This document shows, in pieces, positions 1 through 14,423 of a DNA stretch of 34,941 nucleotides. The DNA is from Perkinsela sp. CCAP 1560/9 (taxonomy: Eukaryota > Protista > Euglenozoa: Kinetoplastea): the NCBI GenBank assembly GCA_965644495.1, contig CBFFSA010000067.1, positions 1 through 34,941 of the forward strand, in the 5' to 3' direction. The position numbers were made by a program, and so were the translations under genes. Position 1 is the first letter of the stretch. Every line of letters begins with the position of its first letter. The notes beneath the pieces were generated by a model, which was given only the letters and a program-made list of their open reading frames with translations, was not told the origin of the DNA and ran no database searches.

Positions 1-371
1 AAACAGAATGTTTCTCGAAGGATGAGCAATAAAGAACAAAAATTATTTCTCTGAAATAATAGATAGTGGAATCCAGAAAAGAAGGAAAATACATGACAAA
101 ACTGGAGAATCAACCGCAGAAAAGGAGAAAGGTGTCTTCATCTTGTTGAGCTCTTCCATTCATCAGAAGTCATGGAAAACGAATGTCATGGGGAGAGTGT
201 GACACATGAAAAAATAAAGAAACCAAAACAACGAAAAAAAAAGATGGCAAAAGAATGAAGGACAACGAAAAAACAGGTTTTTTTTTTTGGCGACGCGTTT
301 CCTTCTTTTTTTTTCCTTTTTTCGTCTTCTTGTTCGTTTGTTCGTTTGTCTCCTTTGTCTTCTTGTCCTCG

Positions 372-1858
<1,487 letters not shown>

Positions 1859-2103
1859 ATTGGAAAGGAAAAGAAAAAAAAAGGTCATGTAAAAAAAAAA
1901 AAAAAGAAATTCTTTTTCGAATCGAAATCGAAAAATGTTCGCAGAAACAAAAAGACCCAAAAAAAATTTCGGCGAACTTTTAATTGATTTAGTCACATTT
2001 TTCTGTGTTCTTTACAATTTAGGGCGCTATTTGGTGTCACAATCACCTTGGTTGTTTTGGAAGTTTCGAGAAAAGGAAAAAAAAAGAAAGAAAAAAAAAA
2101 ACA

Positions 2104-2988
2104 ATGGCAGCAAGAAAGAAGGTCTTATTGAAAGTTATTTTGCTTGGTGATAGCAGGTTGGTTTCATATGATCTCTCCTTCTTTTGTGTGTGTGTGTGTG
2201 TTCCTTTTTTTGGCTGATCAAAGTGTTCCTCTTTTTCAGTGTTGGGAAAACTTCTCTTATGGTTCAGTATGTGAACAAGAAGTTTAACAACCAATACAAG
2301 GCCACCATTGGTGCTGACTTTTTGACGAAAGAAGTCATGGTTGAGGATCGTCTTGTCACCATGCAGGTTTATATTTATATTCTCTGTGATTTGAAAAAAA
2401 AAATTCATTCTTCTTCCCTTGCGAGGATTGAGGGATGGATGAATTGTTTTTTTTTTTTGTTTTTTTGGTTTGTAATTTTGTGAATTTGGTAGATTTGGGA
2501 TACGGCAGGGCAAGAGCGTTTTCAGAGTTTGGGTGTGGCTTTTTATCGAGGAGCAGACTGTTGTGTCTTGGTCTTCGATGTGACTGCTGCAAAAACTTTT
2601 GAAAATCTTGATTGTTGGAGGGAAGAATTTTTAATTCAGGCTGGACCCAAAAATCCTGAGGATTTCCCTTTCATTGTCCTTGGAAACAAGATTGATAAAG
2701 AGGATAAACGAGTAATTTCTGAAAAGAGGGCTCAGGCTTGGTGTGCTCAAAAGGGCAATATCCCCTACTTTGAAACTAGTGCAAAAGAAGGGATCAAGGT
2801 TGAACAAGCTTTTCAAACAATCGCCCGTGATGCATTGAAGGGAGAGCAAGATGATGGGGCCATGTTTGTTTTTTTATTTTTAATTTTTTTATTTTCTTTT
2901 TTTATGACTTTCTTTTGTGAGCAGCTTTCTGCCTGGAGGAATTGATATCACCCAACAAGAACAACAAGACGAAGGTTGCGCTTGTTAA
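2104..2988 (+). CDS. RAB7: Rab7 small GTPase, 4 exons
   Basis: [72 protein letters not shown] and a C-terminal CAC (CxC) prenylation motif; 3 GT-AG introns. Confidence 0.97.
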
Positions 2989-3507
2989 AACTTTTCTCAC
3001 GAGCCAAAAAATGGTTGCTAGTTTTTGTTCGGTTCAGATGGCAGAAGAATCTCCTTTTTTTTCCTTTCTTCAACTCCAATTACACACACACAAACCTTGT
3101 TCGAGAGAATTGTCGTGTTCGGTCTAAACACCACGACAATTCAATTCGATTTGTTCATTAAAACAAAAAAGCAAAAAAAAAAACAAAAAGCAAAACTTTA
3201 TGGTTCTTTTATTTTTTCAAAGAAAGAGAAGGAATCCACCCGAGAAATCTCTGGAAAAAGAAGACACGAAAGAATGTGTTGAAGAGAAGGCCTTTTTTTC
3301 TAGAGTCCTTTTTTCTCTTTTTGATCTCTTTGTGCCTTTTCAAAAAACGAGTGGATTAATTTGATCGTGGAATTTTCACGCGTTCCTCCTTTTTCCTAAC
3401 CCCGAAAAGAAGTCCAATTTTTTTTCTTTTTTTGTTTTTCTCTAGAAAACACGTTTTGTTGAACTGTTGGCACAAAAAGCTCGTCGCTTTTTTTGAAAGG
3501 GCGATCG

Positions 3508-6500
3508 ATGCCTTTCTGTTCTCACAACCAAGGGGTCTTTGATCCTGCTTGGTCTTCTGAGGAACATAATTTTGGACAATGTTTTGTTGATGTGTTTATC
3601 TTGGGGGTTCCTCTCTGGTATCTTATTGTCACCGGGATTTTGACTTCTATCTTTTTGCGAAAGCCTCGACGAAGTGATTACCAAGAACCATCATCAGCAA
3701 AGGAAATTAATGCAGATGAGGATGACCCTTTTTCTACTGGTGTTCTCTTTGCTCCAATCAAAGAACCCTGGACAAACTTTGAGTTATATGAAATGTCGCA
3801 AACGTTGTTATTGGCCATCTTGCCAATTTGCGAATATTTCTCTCTTTTGGGAAGCGATTCTTTTGGCAGTACTACTGGTTCTCAATTCTTCACAATGGCT
3901 TGTACTTCTCTTGGGTGGATTATCTCGGCCTATTATCTTTACGTAGCGAAGAGAAAGCAACCTTTGGGCCCTGCTTGGTGGGGTTTACCGATGTTCTGGA
4001 CTTTAATGTTCTTAGCTAATAGTTGTAAATTTTATTACTACGTTCGTCTCACTGCTTATGATGGATGGTTTGGTGCGGTCACTTGGTTCACCGTCTACTT
4101 TGTCTTAGTCGGAAGCCAGGTTCTCGTCGGTGTGTTTTTTCGTTCCCCTTCGCCTCGAACAATCAAGAGAGAAGAGTTAAGTCGAGAAGAAAGCAGCAAT
4201 CTTTTTTCAACTTTGACTTTTTCATGGCTCAACCCAATCCTTGAATTGGGTTACAAGAGACCTCTCAACCCGGAAGATCTTTGGAGTTTGGCCAACCGCG
4301 ACAAGTCCGCCAACCTGAACGAAGATTTTAACAGAGAATGGGCGAAAGAAATGGCCCTTCCAGAGGAACAACGTTCACTTGTTCGGACTTTTCAACGTGC
4401 TCATGGTGAATCGTTCATCTATGGTGGTATCTTCAAATTTTTCCACGATATTTTGATCTTTTCGGGTCCCTTCTTCTTGAATCAGCTCATTAAGTTCATT
4501 GGGGATCCTGAGGAGCCAGCTTGGATTGGTTACGCGATTGTTTTTTCTATGTGTATTTCCAACTTAGTTCAGACCGCTTTGCTACATCAATATTTCCAAA
4601 GGTGCTTTCGCTGTGGAATGAATTTGAGGTTTTTTTTTTTTTTCTTTTTCATTTTTTGTTTCTTTTTTTTTTTTTTTAATTTTTTGAGAAAATGTTTTTT
4701 TTATTTCCTTCTTTTCTTTTTTTAAAAAAAAATATGTTAAATTGAATTCAATTAATCTCTTTTTTTTTTCGTGAAGATCATCAACAATTGCTGCTGTGTA
4801 TGAAAAATCACTTCGTTTAAGTATTGGTTCTCGTCAAAGTAGTACTCAGGTACCTTATGTTTCTCATATTTTTTTTCAAAAAAAAATTCCAGACACCCCT
4901 AGAAAATGAAAATTCAGATATTAATTTTTAATGTTCTCCAAGGGATCGATTGTAAATTTGATGGCTGTTGATGCTCAACGATTTCAAGATCTTGTTCCAT
5001 ATTTACATATGCTCTGGTCTGCTCCAATGCAAATCGCGCTTGCTTTGTATTTTCTTTACCTTGTTCTTGGGCCATCTATTTTTGCTGGTTTTTTGTTGAT
5101 GGTTTTGATGATCCCATTGAACGGAGTGATTGCCTCAACAATGCGAGGTTTTCAAGTGAAGCAGATGACAATTAAAGACAGTCGCTTGAAATTATTGAAT
5201 GAAATCTTGGGTGGAATCAAAGTTATCAAACTGTACGCTTGGGAACGAAGCTTTTTAGGGAAGATTGATGAAATTCGAGGTGAAGAGTTGTTAACACTTA
5301 GAAATGCATCCTTGGTCAAGTGCGTGACAGTTTTCTTATGGACTTCCACTCCTACTCTTGTATCTGTAGTTACTTTTGCGACTTTTGTGGCTTTTGGTGG
5401 AGAATTGACATCTGCGAAAGCATTCACAGCCATTTCTTTGTTCAATATTCTCCGATTTCCCACAAACGCTTTTCCAATGGTTTTGACCAGCGCCGTAGAA
5501 GCGAGTGTGTCAGTCAAACGTCTTGCTGAGTTTTTGTCTCTTGGAGATCTTGATCCACAATCTGTCGAGCACCCCGATCGTGCGATTTCAATCCCTTTCT
5601 TGTCAATTGAAAAAGGATCGTTTTCTTGGGCTTTAGCCAAAAAGATTGGAGAAGACGAAAAAAAAGAAGAAGAAGAGAAAGCACCTGATGATGTTACTCT
5701 CATGAACCCATCATCATCTGTAGGAGATGCTGAAGAGGAGGGTCCCCCCAAACTCACTCTGGAGAACATTAATATGGAGGTTAAACAAGGGGAATTAATT
5801 GCTCTCATTGGTCGTGTTGGGTCTGGTAAAAGTAGTCTTGTTGCTGCTTGCCTTGGAGAGATACCAAAGGTAGACGGAACAGTGACTATGTGTGGTTCAG
5901 TAGGCTATGTCCCTCAACAAGCCTGGATTCAGAATGCGACCTTGCGTGATAATGTTACTTTCGGTCAACCCTTTGAATTTGAGAAATACTCACGGGTTTT
6001 AGAAGCTTGTTGTCTAGAACCAGATATTGCTATGCTTCCTGGTGGTGATATGACTGAGGTTGGAGAAAAGGGAATTACTCTAAGCGGGGGTCAGAAGCAA
6101 CGATTATCTCTTGCGCGTGCCGTTTATCAAGAAGCAGATGTTTATCTTTTGGATGATCCTCTTAGTGCTGTCGATGCACATGTTGGTCGTCATATCTTCG
6201 AGAATGTCCTTGGTCCAAATGGACTCTTAAAGGACAAAGTTCGTCTCCTTGTGACTCACGCAGAGCAGTATTTACCCCAATGCAGTGGTATCTATGTCAT
6301 GGCTGATGGAACCTTTGTTATGCAAGGAAAGTATGATAACTTAGTCGAAGGAGGTCATGCTTTTGCGGATACATTGGCTGCCTTGAAACAATCTGAAGAA
6401 GAAGAAGGAAGTTCTGATCTCAAGGGGAGCGGAAGTCTTTCATCGAGTCCCCTTTCAAGTAGTCCCGGGTCTCTCAAAAAGAGTGGAACCCTTAAGTTCT

Positions 6501-8662
6501 CCAAGGATGGTGCCTTAATTTCAGTTGAAAGTGAAAAAGAAGGCTCAGGACAAGAGAGTGATGGTCCGATGTCTTCTGTTGAAGGTATTGAAGAGACTGA
6601 GTCAACCGAGCTCGGAAAAATTTTGAATGTTAATGAAGATGAAGAACGACGTGAAGAGGATACTGAAAGACAATCTCTTGCGCTCAAGAAAGAACAACAA
6701 GATTCAGAGGAAGAATCTGCAAAATTGATCCAGAAAGAAGATAGAGAGACCGGAAAAGTAGCTTGGGCAGTCTATTGGCAGTACTTTAAATCTCTTGGTC
6801 TTTTCAATGCATTCATGATCTTTTTGTCTTTTTGCATCCAACAAGCCTCACAAATTATGGCTCAATTGTGGCTTGCAAGGTGGACTGCAATGACATCTGA
6901 TGCTGATTCCTCGGATGATTCATTCTATTACTTGGGAATTTACTCCGCTCTCTCCATTTTCTCTTGTTTTGGTGTATTGATTCGTTCTATTGCCCTCTTG
7001 TATGGTAGCTTGAGATCATCTAAAAATTTACACACTGGAATGATGGATACTGTGATGAGATCCCCAATGTCGTTTTTTGATACAACCCCTCTCGGTCGGA
7101 TTGTGAATCGATTCTCAAAAGATATGTATACTGTGGATGAAAGTCTTCCAAATATTATTGGCAACTGGCTTGGTTCTATCTTTTATACAATAAGTATCTT
7201 GATTATTATGTTGGTTCCATTGCCCTATTTAATTGTCCTTTTGGTTCTTTTTTCTTTTTCTTTTCTTTTCAATCTTTCCAATCAGTTTTTCTGATTGTCG
7301 AATTTCTTCTTTCAGATTCCTGTGGCGGTGATCTTTGTGAGAATCCAAAAATTTTATCTTCGATCCTCTCGTGAAGTGCAGCGGCTTGATTCTATCTCAA
7401 GGAGTCCCATCTATGCTCATTTCTCTGAAACTCTCAATGGAGTTTCGACAATTCGTTCTTATGATCGCTCAAACGACTTTGTTCAGAGCAACTATGACAT
7501 GGTGGATGAAAATCAAAAAGCTTACTTTATCAATGTCTCTTCTAATCGTTGGTTAGCTGTCCGCCTTGAAACTGTTGGTACAACTGTGATCACATTGGCT
7601 GGATTAATGGCTGTTGTTTCGAGTGAGGTCTTCTGGAATCCTGATAAAGCTGAAATTCATGCAAGTTTAGTCGGATTGGCTATTTCCTCCGCTTTGTCTG
7701 TGACTCAGGTACCTTTTTTTTCTTTCTTTTTTTAAGTCTCTTCCCTCCCCCCCCCCCCCATCTCATTTGAAAACCCCAAATAGGTCTTGAATTGGGCGGT
7801 AAGAATGAATTGCATGATGGAAACTCAAATTGTATCTGTCGAGCGAATCAAAGAATACACAGAACTTGAGCGAGAAGCACCCCCATTTACTGATACAAGG
7901 CCTCCTGCACAGTGGCCAACACAAGGCAGGATCGCATTTAATAATGTGCAACTCCGGTACCGTGAAGGGTTGGATCTTGTTCTCAAAGGAGTTTCTATTA
8001 ATGTCGGCGCTCATGAGAAAGTTGGAATTGTTGGACGAACTGGTGCTGGGAAGAGTACAATTACTCTTGGTTTGTTTCGAATGGTGGAGTTGGCTGGCGG
8101 TTCTATTACCATTGATGGTGTCGATATCTCAAGGTTGGGATTAGAAGACTTAAGATCCCGATTGTCAATTATTCCACAAGATCCTGTCTTATTTTCTGGG
8201 ACAATGCGCGAGAATTTGGATCCCTTCCAGCAACATGGTGATCGAGAGATCTGGGAAGCTTTGGATCGAGCTCACTTGGGTGATTTTGTTCGAGGTGAAG
8301 AAGGTCAAGAGAATATGGCAATTACAGAAAACGGCGATAACTTGAGTGTGGGACAGCGACAATTGGTCTGCATGGCTCGTGCTCTTTTGAGAAAATCCCC
8401 CATTCTTGTCATGGATGAAGCAACTGCTGCCGTTGATTACCAAACAGACGCTCTGATTCAGGAAACAATTCGATCTGAGTTTAAAGATAGTTCTGTCTTG
8501 ACGATTGCGCATCGATTAAATACCATCATGGACTATGATAGGATCGTTGTTTTAGGTGCTGGTAAATTGTTGGAGATTGGAAGTCCTGCAGAGTTGATGG
8601 AGAATCAAAGGGGTCATTTGGCTCGTTTGGTTGCTGATTCCAATAAGGCTCAAGAAAAATAG
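3508..8662 (+). CDS. ABCC/MRP-type full ABC transporter with an N-terminal TMD0-like extension, 5 exons
   Basis: Exons about 3508-4628, 4777-4849, 4943-7243, 7316-7708 and 7784-8662. NBD1 has [16 protein letters not shown] and [15 protein letters not shown]2 has [24 protein letters not shown] and TIAHRL. MRP motifs TFSWLNP and [17 protein letters not shown] are present. Confidence 0.95.
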
Positions 8663-8762
8663 AAGGACTCAATTAATAATAATAATAAATCTCTTTTATT
8701 TTTGTAAATTATTTTCTTTGATTTTTCTCAAAACCAAAAAAAACCAAAAAAACATCATCTTT

Positions 8763-10042
8763 TTAACCAAACATTCCAGGAGGAGGACCACCTCCTGAAC
8801 TGGACAATTTCACTAATTTTTTCACTTTCTCTTCCAAAAATGTTGCTTTATTCTCCAATTCCGCTGTGTCAATCACGCCCTTGAGAAAGAGAAAAAAAAT
8901 TAACAAATCAACAACAAATCAAAAGAAAAAAGAAAAGAAAAATAACTTCAAGAGCCGGAATCAAAAAAATGATGGTTCGGACAAGTTCCAGAGAAGAAGA
9001 AGCGTCTGGAAAAAAAGCAGAAGAAGGACAAAGCAAACAAGTCGTATCACTTTTGATCATGGGAGATTCAGCAACAATTCCGCCTGTAACTCCCGAAATA
9101 ACAGCCTCGCAGAGGAACTCATGCCCTCTCTCTTTTAACTTCTCAGCAATCTCTGCACTATTGATAATTACAAGTTTCAACTTTTCTTTTTCTTTTCTTT
9201 TTTTTTAAGTTGAAAGAGATTTTTTAATTTTTTTTTAATCTCTTTTTTTAAATTTTTCAAAGGAAAAACTAAGAATAGATATAAAATTTTTTTTTTCAAA
9301 AACAATAAAAAAAAATGTTACCTTGTTGTTAAGAAGGAAAGTTTTGAGCGTTCAATGACAGTTTCTTGAGTTGGAATACCTTCTGCACAATAAATCATTG
9401 GCGCGTTATGCCTCTCTGCAAAATCTAAAAGCATTTGGACAACCGAATTCGAACACTATCCAGTTTTTTTCATATTAAATAAATGGAACAAAGAAAAGAG
9501 AGCAAATGAGAAAGAAAAGAGAAGAAAGAGAGAGAGAAAAAAAGAGAAAAAGAGAGAGAAAAAGAGACTTCATCAGTAAGTTTCGACTCAGAAATACAGG
9601 CAACTAAACGAGAATCACCATAGATTCGGATTGAAGGGCCTGGTTGGCTCTTCATTACAACAGAAGTTGGCATTCCTGAATCTGTTGTTACAACTCCAAC
9701 CAATGGTAAATTCAATTTGTCTTTTTTGTTTTAGTTTTTTTTGGAAGAGGAAAAGAGAAAAAGGAAGAGAGGAAAGAGAGAGAGGAGAGAGGAAGAGAGT
9801 TAGTCGAAAGAAGAAAGAAGCGAAAAAACAAAAAAACAAAACAAAAAACCAATAATATATTGAGAAGCAATCATGCTAGTGATTCCAATAAGAGGAAAAG
9901 ACTCAAGAATGGGGGCGGAATGGCAATTTTCAATTCCATCCAATTCTCTTAAGACCAATCTTTTGTATTCGAACCGGTTGATAACTGTTCTCTTCAATGT
10001 TAAACATCCTTCTTCTTTGTTTGGTTCTTCTTCTTTGCTCAT
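8763..10042 (-). CDS. PAC2-family proteasome assembly chaperone-like protein (archaeal PbaA/PbaB-like), 5 exons
   Basis: Spliced product: MSKEEEP...APILESFPLIGITSMIASQYIIDKLNLPLVGVVTTDSGMPTSVVMKSQPGPSIRIYGDSRLVACISE...LLDFAERHNAPMIYCAEGI...ISGVTGGIVAES...FPDASSSLELV...IDTAELENKATFLEEKVKKLVKLSSSGGGPPPGMFG*. This follows the PAC2 motif order as recalled (EGFPGxG, PxRIY, GxxGxL, PDPxAA, IDxxxLxxxA). Confidence 0.8.
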
Positions 10043-10558
10043 TTTTTTGTTGTTGTTGTTGTGGGAGAGGGGGTAATGAGAGAGGGGGGGGTGAAGAAAA
10101 GGAATTGGTTTTTGAGGAAAAGGATTTCGAAGAAAAGGTCTTTCGAAGGGAAAGAGAAAGAAAAAGCAATTCAACAAAAGATGAGAAAAAAAGAAAACAC
10201 AAAACGGAAAAAAGCCCAGAAATTTTTGCGTTTTGAATGGACGTTTTTGACTAAAAAAGAAAAAAATAAAAAATATGATTTTGACACATCTTTTCACACC
10301 CCCAAAAAATAACAAAAACATGCCTCCTCTTTTTGCAGGTTTTTCGACCTTTTTTTTTTCTTCGGCGTTTTTTTTTTTCGTTTTTCTTTTCTTCTTTTTG
10401 GAGAACCGACAAAAAAGGAGAAGACAAAACCCCCTTTCTCTCTCTTCCTTTTTCCTCTTCCTTTTTCCTCTTTCCTCTCTCCCTTTCCTTTTTCCTTTCC
10501 CCCCCTTCCCTTTCCCCCTTCCTCCCCTCTCTTCCCCTTTTTTTGGAGGAAATAGAAA

Positions 10559-11906
10559 ATGGCGGACTTGGATGAGACGAAGGTGACAGATTTGGAAGAC
10601 GACGGGGTTGTCATGACCTTTCGTTTGCAAATCCCAAACCAAGTCGTTGGTGCAATTATTGGCAAGGTTTTCTTTTCTCTCTTTTCTTTCTTGTTCTCTC
10701 TTTTTTGATCTTTTTTCTTTTCTTTTTTTCTTTTCTTTTTTATTCTTTTTTCTTTTTTCTTTTTTCTTTTTTCTTTTTTTCTTTTTTCTTTTTTCTTTTT
10801 CTTTTTCTTTTGACACACCCGCTTATCTTTTTCAAAAATAGTCTGGAGAGATCATTAAATCAATTCGAGAACAATCACAATCCCGAATTATGATCGCCGA
10901 CTCCCAACCCAATGAAGATCGTGATGTCACTATCAAGGTTTTTTTCCTTCATCTTCTTCAGAACACATTTTAAAGAACATGCTTCTCCTCATGTTCAACA
11001 TTTTTTTTTTTTTTGATTTTTGAAGAACTTTGAAAATGATTTGTAACAAACAATTTTTGTCAAAAATACAACAGGGAACGTTAGCTTCTGTCGATGCTGC
11101 GGTTAGCTTAATCATTACCAATATTTGTCAAGTTAGAGGGGTAGCACAAACCTCTTTTGATCTTGAACAAAGAGACGACTCAATCTCCCTGAAAGTTTTA
11201 GTGGCGAATGACCAAGCAGGCGCCATTATTGGCAAAGGAGGAGAAGTTATCAAGCAACTGAGAGAAGAATCAGGAGCTCGCATCTCCATTGGGAAGAAAG
11301 TCGACTTTGTAAGGACTGTCAGTATTATTGGGAATGCGAATACTGTCCGTGCTGCACTCGCTGTCCTTGTCCGTTTGGTTCATGACCATCCTTCTTCTGC
11401 AAGAGACCCTTTTTTGCATGGATATCGAACACAACCAACCGGCTCTTCTTTTAGACAACACCCTCAACAATTTGGTTTTGGGATGCCTACTGGCGCTGTC
11501 TCTTCTTATGGGATGGCTCAGACTGGTGGTGTGATTGAAAGTCCAATGTTTGGTGCCCCTCATCCAGCCAATCCTGGAGAGCCTCCAAGCACTTTAACTC
11601 TCTCTGTTCCTCACAGGTTAAAAAAAGAAAGCTTTTTTTTTTTGTAATTTCAATTTATTTTTTCCAACTTGAAAAAGATATTAAAGAAAATTGTGTTTTT
11701 TTTTCAGGACTGTTGGTTCAATCATCGGAAAACGTGGGATGGTTATCAATGAAATCCGCCACATCTCTGGTTGTCGTATTGACATCTCTCCCTCTTCTGC
11801 TGATACACAGTTCAGAACTGTTACGTTGACAGGGACACCTCATAGTATCGAGATCGCCCACATGATGATTCAGAAGTACACTTATCAACAACACCCAATG
11901 CAGTAG
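10559..11906 (+). CDS. Triple-KH RNA-binding protein (PCBP/hnRNP K/Nova-like), 4 exons
   Basis: Three KH domains with intact GxxG loops: VGAIIGKSGEIIKSIREQS, AGAIIGKGGEVIKQLREESGARI and VGSIIGKRGMVINEIRHISGCRI. KH1 and KH2 are adjacent, followed by a low-complexity linker and KH3. Confidence 0.9.
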
Positions 11907-12085
11907 TGAGTGGTATTTTTGAGCATTGTCATGTATGAGATGAATGTTTCTTTTGATAGTATTTTTGGGAGAGAAAAAAAAAATAAAACTCACTCCAAGA
12001 GAAGAACTTCTTCCCAAAGTCTTGATTTTCAAAAAAGAAAAATATTGGTGGAAGGAAAAATGTTGAATGATATTTAATTTAATAT

Positions 12086-13400
12086 TTATTTACAATCGGA
12101 AGTCTCTTCTTCACCTCCAGGTTTTTTGTTTCTTGAGAGAAGAGTAGGTGTCAGGGGTCGACGAGAGGAATCAGGGGTCTGTGAGCGAGAGCGCAGTATC
12201 TCGGGTGTAACGGGGCGATGAGAGGACGCAAAAATAGAGGTTGACCGAGAGAGGCCCTCTCCCCCACCGCTCCCACTCCACCCATCCTCAGAATTAACAT
12301 TTCTCCATCTCAAATGCGAACATTTTTTCTCATTAGCAGGTGAGTGCGGAATTGGAGGAGTCATGTCTCCCTTCACGTCATGCGAAGCACATCGCGCAAC
12401 CATAACATCTTCCTCTTTCTCAAGCAATTTCTGGCAATTCTCAGGGACACTCTTTGTTCGAACAGAATGACTTTTCAGATTCCGAGGATCACGCTGTTTC
12501 CCTCTCCAAAGCTTTTTTCCTTTTTTTCTCTCCATCTTTTGTTTATGAGCTGTTGAAAAGCTTCGGGCCTGGATGGTCATGATGAGGTCTTGACGTTGGA
12601 GGGGACCCTAGAAGAGAAGATAGTGTCAAATAAATATTGTGGAGTCGATTTGTTGGGAAAAAAATTCACAAAAATCAAATCAATTGTTATATTATCTTAT
12701 TTTAAAAAAAACTCCAACAAACCTCAATCTTCATCCCAAAAAAGTCCTCAAGTTTGCGACGAGAGCGCATTACCCCACCAGGGTCATGACGAAGCTCCAT
12801 CAAGTTTGTCAAAAAATTACTTGCACGAAACTTTGGGAAAAGCTCGGTACACAAAGAGACCCATACTTGAAGCTGAAGTTCATCAAATACTTCAGCTGTC
12901 ACCTTCCCGCTCTCTTTTGCTTCCTCGATCTCCTTTCTTTCAGGTCCAGAACAGATTAGCTCTGTATCACTCTCTAAAGAGATATATTTATCGAATATCA
13001 ACGAAAAAAACTGGAGTCTTTCTTCATCATCTTGGATTTGTTGAAACTTTTCAACACTTTCCCAGAAATGAAAGTTTTCTCCGGCCAACTGCTCCTCGCA
13101 AAACGTTCGAAAACAAGATCGAAGTTCTGGATCTCGAATCACCTGTGGGAATGATTGAAACAGAACAGTGAGCGGAATAGAAGATAGATGGTGAGTGGGA
13201 ATAAGTGGCCAAACTTTTTTTGGAGGGGTGCAATGGTGATGATCTTGATCTCATAATAAAAATTGGCAATGAAAAAAAAAAACCTCGATCATTGTCTCAG
13301 GGAGATGAGGGTCAAATAAATCAACAATGGTCGTTTTTTTTCTGGAAAGGGAAGGGGCAGATTGGACATCTTCTTCAGCTTGCAGAAAGCCAACAGCCAT
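12086..13400 (-). CDS. RGS (regulator of G-protein signalling) domain protein, 3 exons
   Basis: MAVGFLQ...PETMIE|VIRDPELRSCFRTFCEEQLAGENFHFWESVEKF...IFDKYIS...VFDELQLQVWVSLCTELFPKFRASNF fits the RGS fold; a Ser/Arg/Pro-rich tail follows. Confidence 0.85.
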
Positions 13401-14423
13401 TTGTTTGGCTCGAGAAAGAGAGAGGGGGGAGAGAGATGGTCTCTTCTGTGAAAGGCGAAAACAAAAGGCAAAAAAAAAAGCGATCGGTGGGCAGCCAAAA
13501 AATAGGGTCAAAAAGACTTTTTTTGTTTTCTTTCTTGTTATCCTGGATTTTTGTTTCGTTTTGTGTGCAAAAGGCGGTCGGACAAACCACTTTTTGACTC
13601 TGAAAGCGAATAACTCTCTTATGACGGAGTTTTTACAAAAAAAAATTGTGTTCTCAAATTCAAAATCTCTGGTTCCATCCAATTTTTCTTTTTTTGTGAG
13701 TGTCATTGTGATGTTTTTTCGTTGTTTGATTTCTCAAAGACACAAAAAAAATAAATGCTCAGTTCTTTCAAAAACCTTGGACTTTCATTTGGGAAGAGAC
13801 CATCGAGTTTTTTTAGGTCGGCAATTCCACAAACGGTTAACACCAGCCTTTGTTAAAACCGACCCAATACACCTGAGGCTCTCTTGTTTTGTCGTTGGAA
13901 ATGATATGTAATGTGTATTTTTGATTTTTGTGGAGTTTTTTTAAGGCGAGGCCAAATTGTATTTTTTGTGGTTTCGAAAAAGTTTTGAACGAAATAAAAA
14001 TTGTTCGTTCAATAAAAATCTCAACACGAGAAAGATGAAAAAAATGAACTCAAAAAGTTTCAAACTTTCAAAAAATTTCAAACCAAAAGGACCATCCGTA
14101 GAAAAAGCCCCAAAACTCAATTTCGTTGTGTCAAAAACATAGACGAAGAACGAGAAATTGCAAAAAGACCACAGAAAAGAAAAAAAGCATGCAAAAGAAT
14201 GAAACCGGTGTTTGGAAAAGGATGACAGTCGTTACGAAAAGCCTCGAAATACATTTTCGACATCGAAAAACAAAGACGAAGAAACTAAATTTTTTTAAAA
14301 GGGACCAATAATTTGGTTCATTTCAAAAAAAGGGGGAGTCACACCCGGTTTTTTGTTTGCGTAAAACACCTTTGGGGATTTTTTGGTTTTGTGGGGAGAA
14401 AAAGAGAGAGATAAAAAACTGTT

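Noticed and set aside
1-230. Possible first exon of a divergent minus-strand gene (MEELNKMKTPFSF...)
   Set aside because: It is too short, truncated by the window edge, and has no recognisable motif.
2146-2255. Rab7 P-loop GDSSVGKT instead of GDSGVGKT
   Set aside because: Ser at this position occurs in ordinary Rab proteins and all other G motifs are intact.
9800-10893. Long Lys/Arg-rich and Phe-rich ORFs on both strands
   Set aside because: They are translations of poly-purine/pyrimidine promoter and intron tracts. Only the embedded PAC2 exon 1 and KH exons are real.
13866-13935. U1 snRNA-like ATACACCTG followed by an Sm-like ATTTTTGTGG
   Set aside because: Only about 65 nt separate them and no U1 stem-loops or U1-70K/U1A loops are visible, which is too short for U1.
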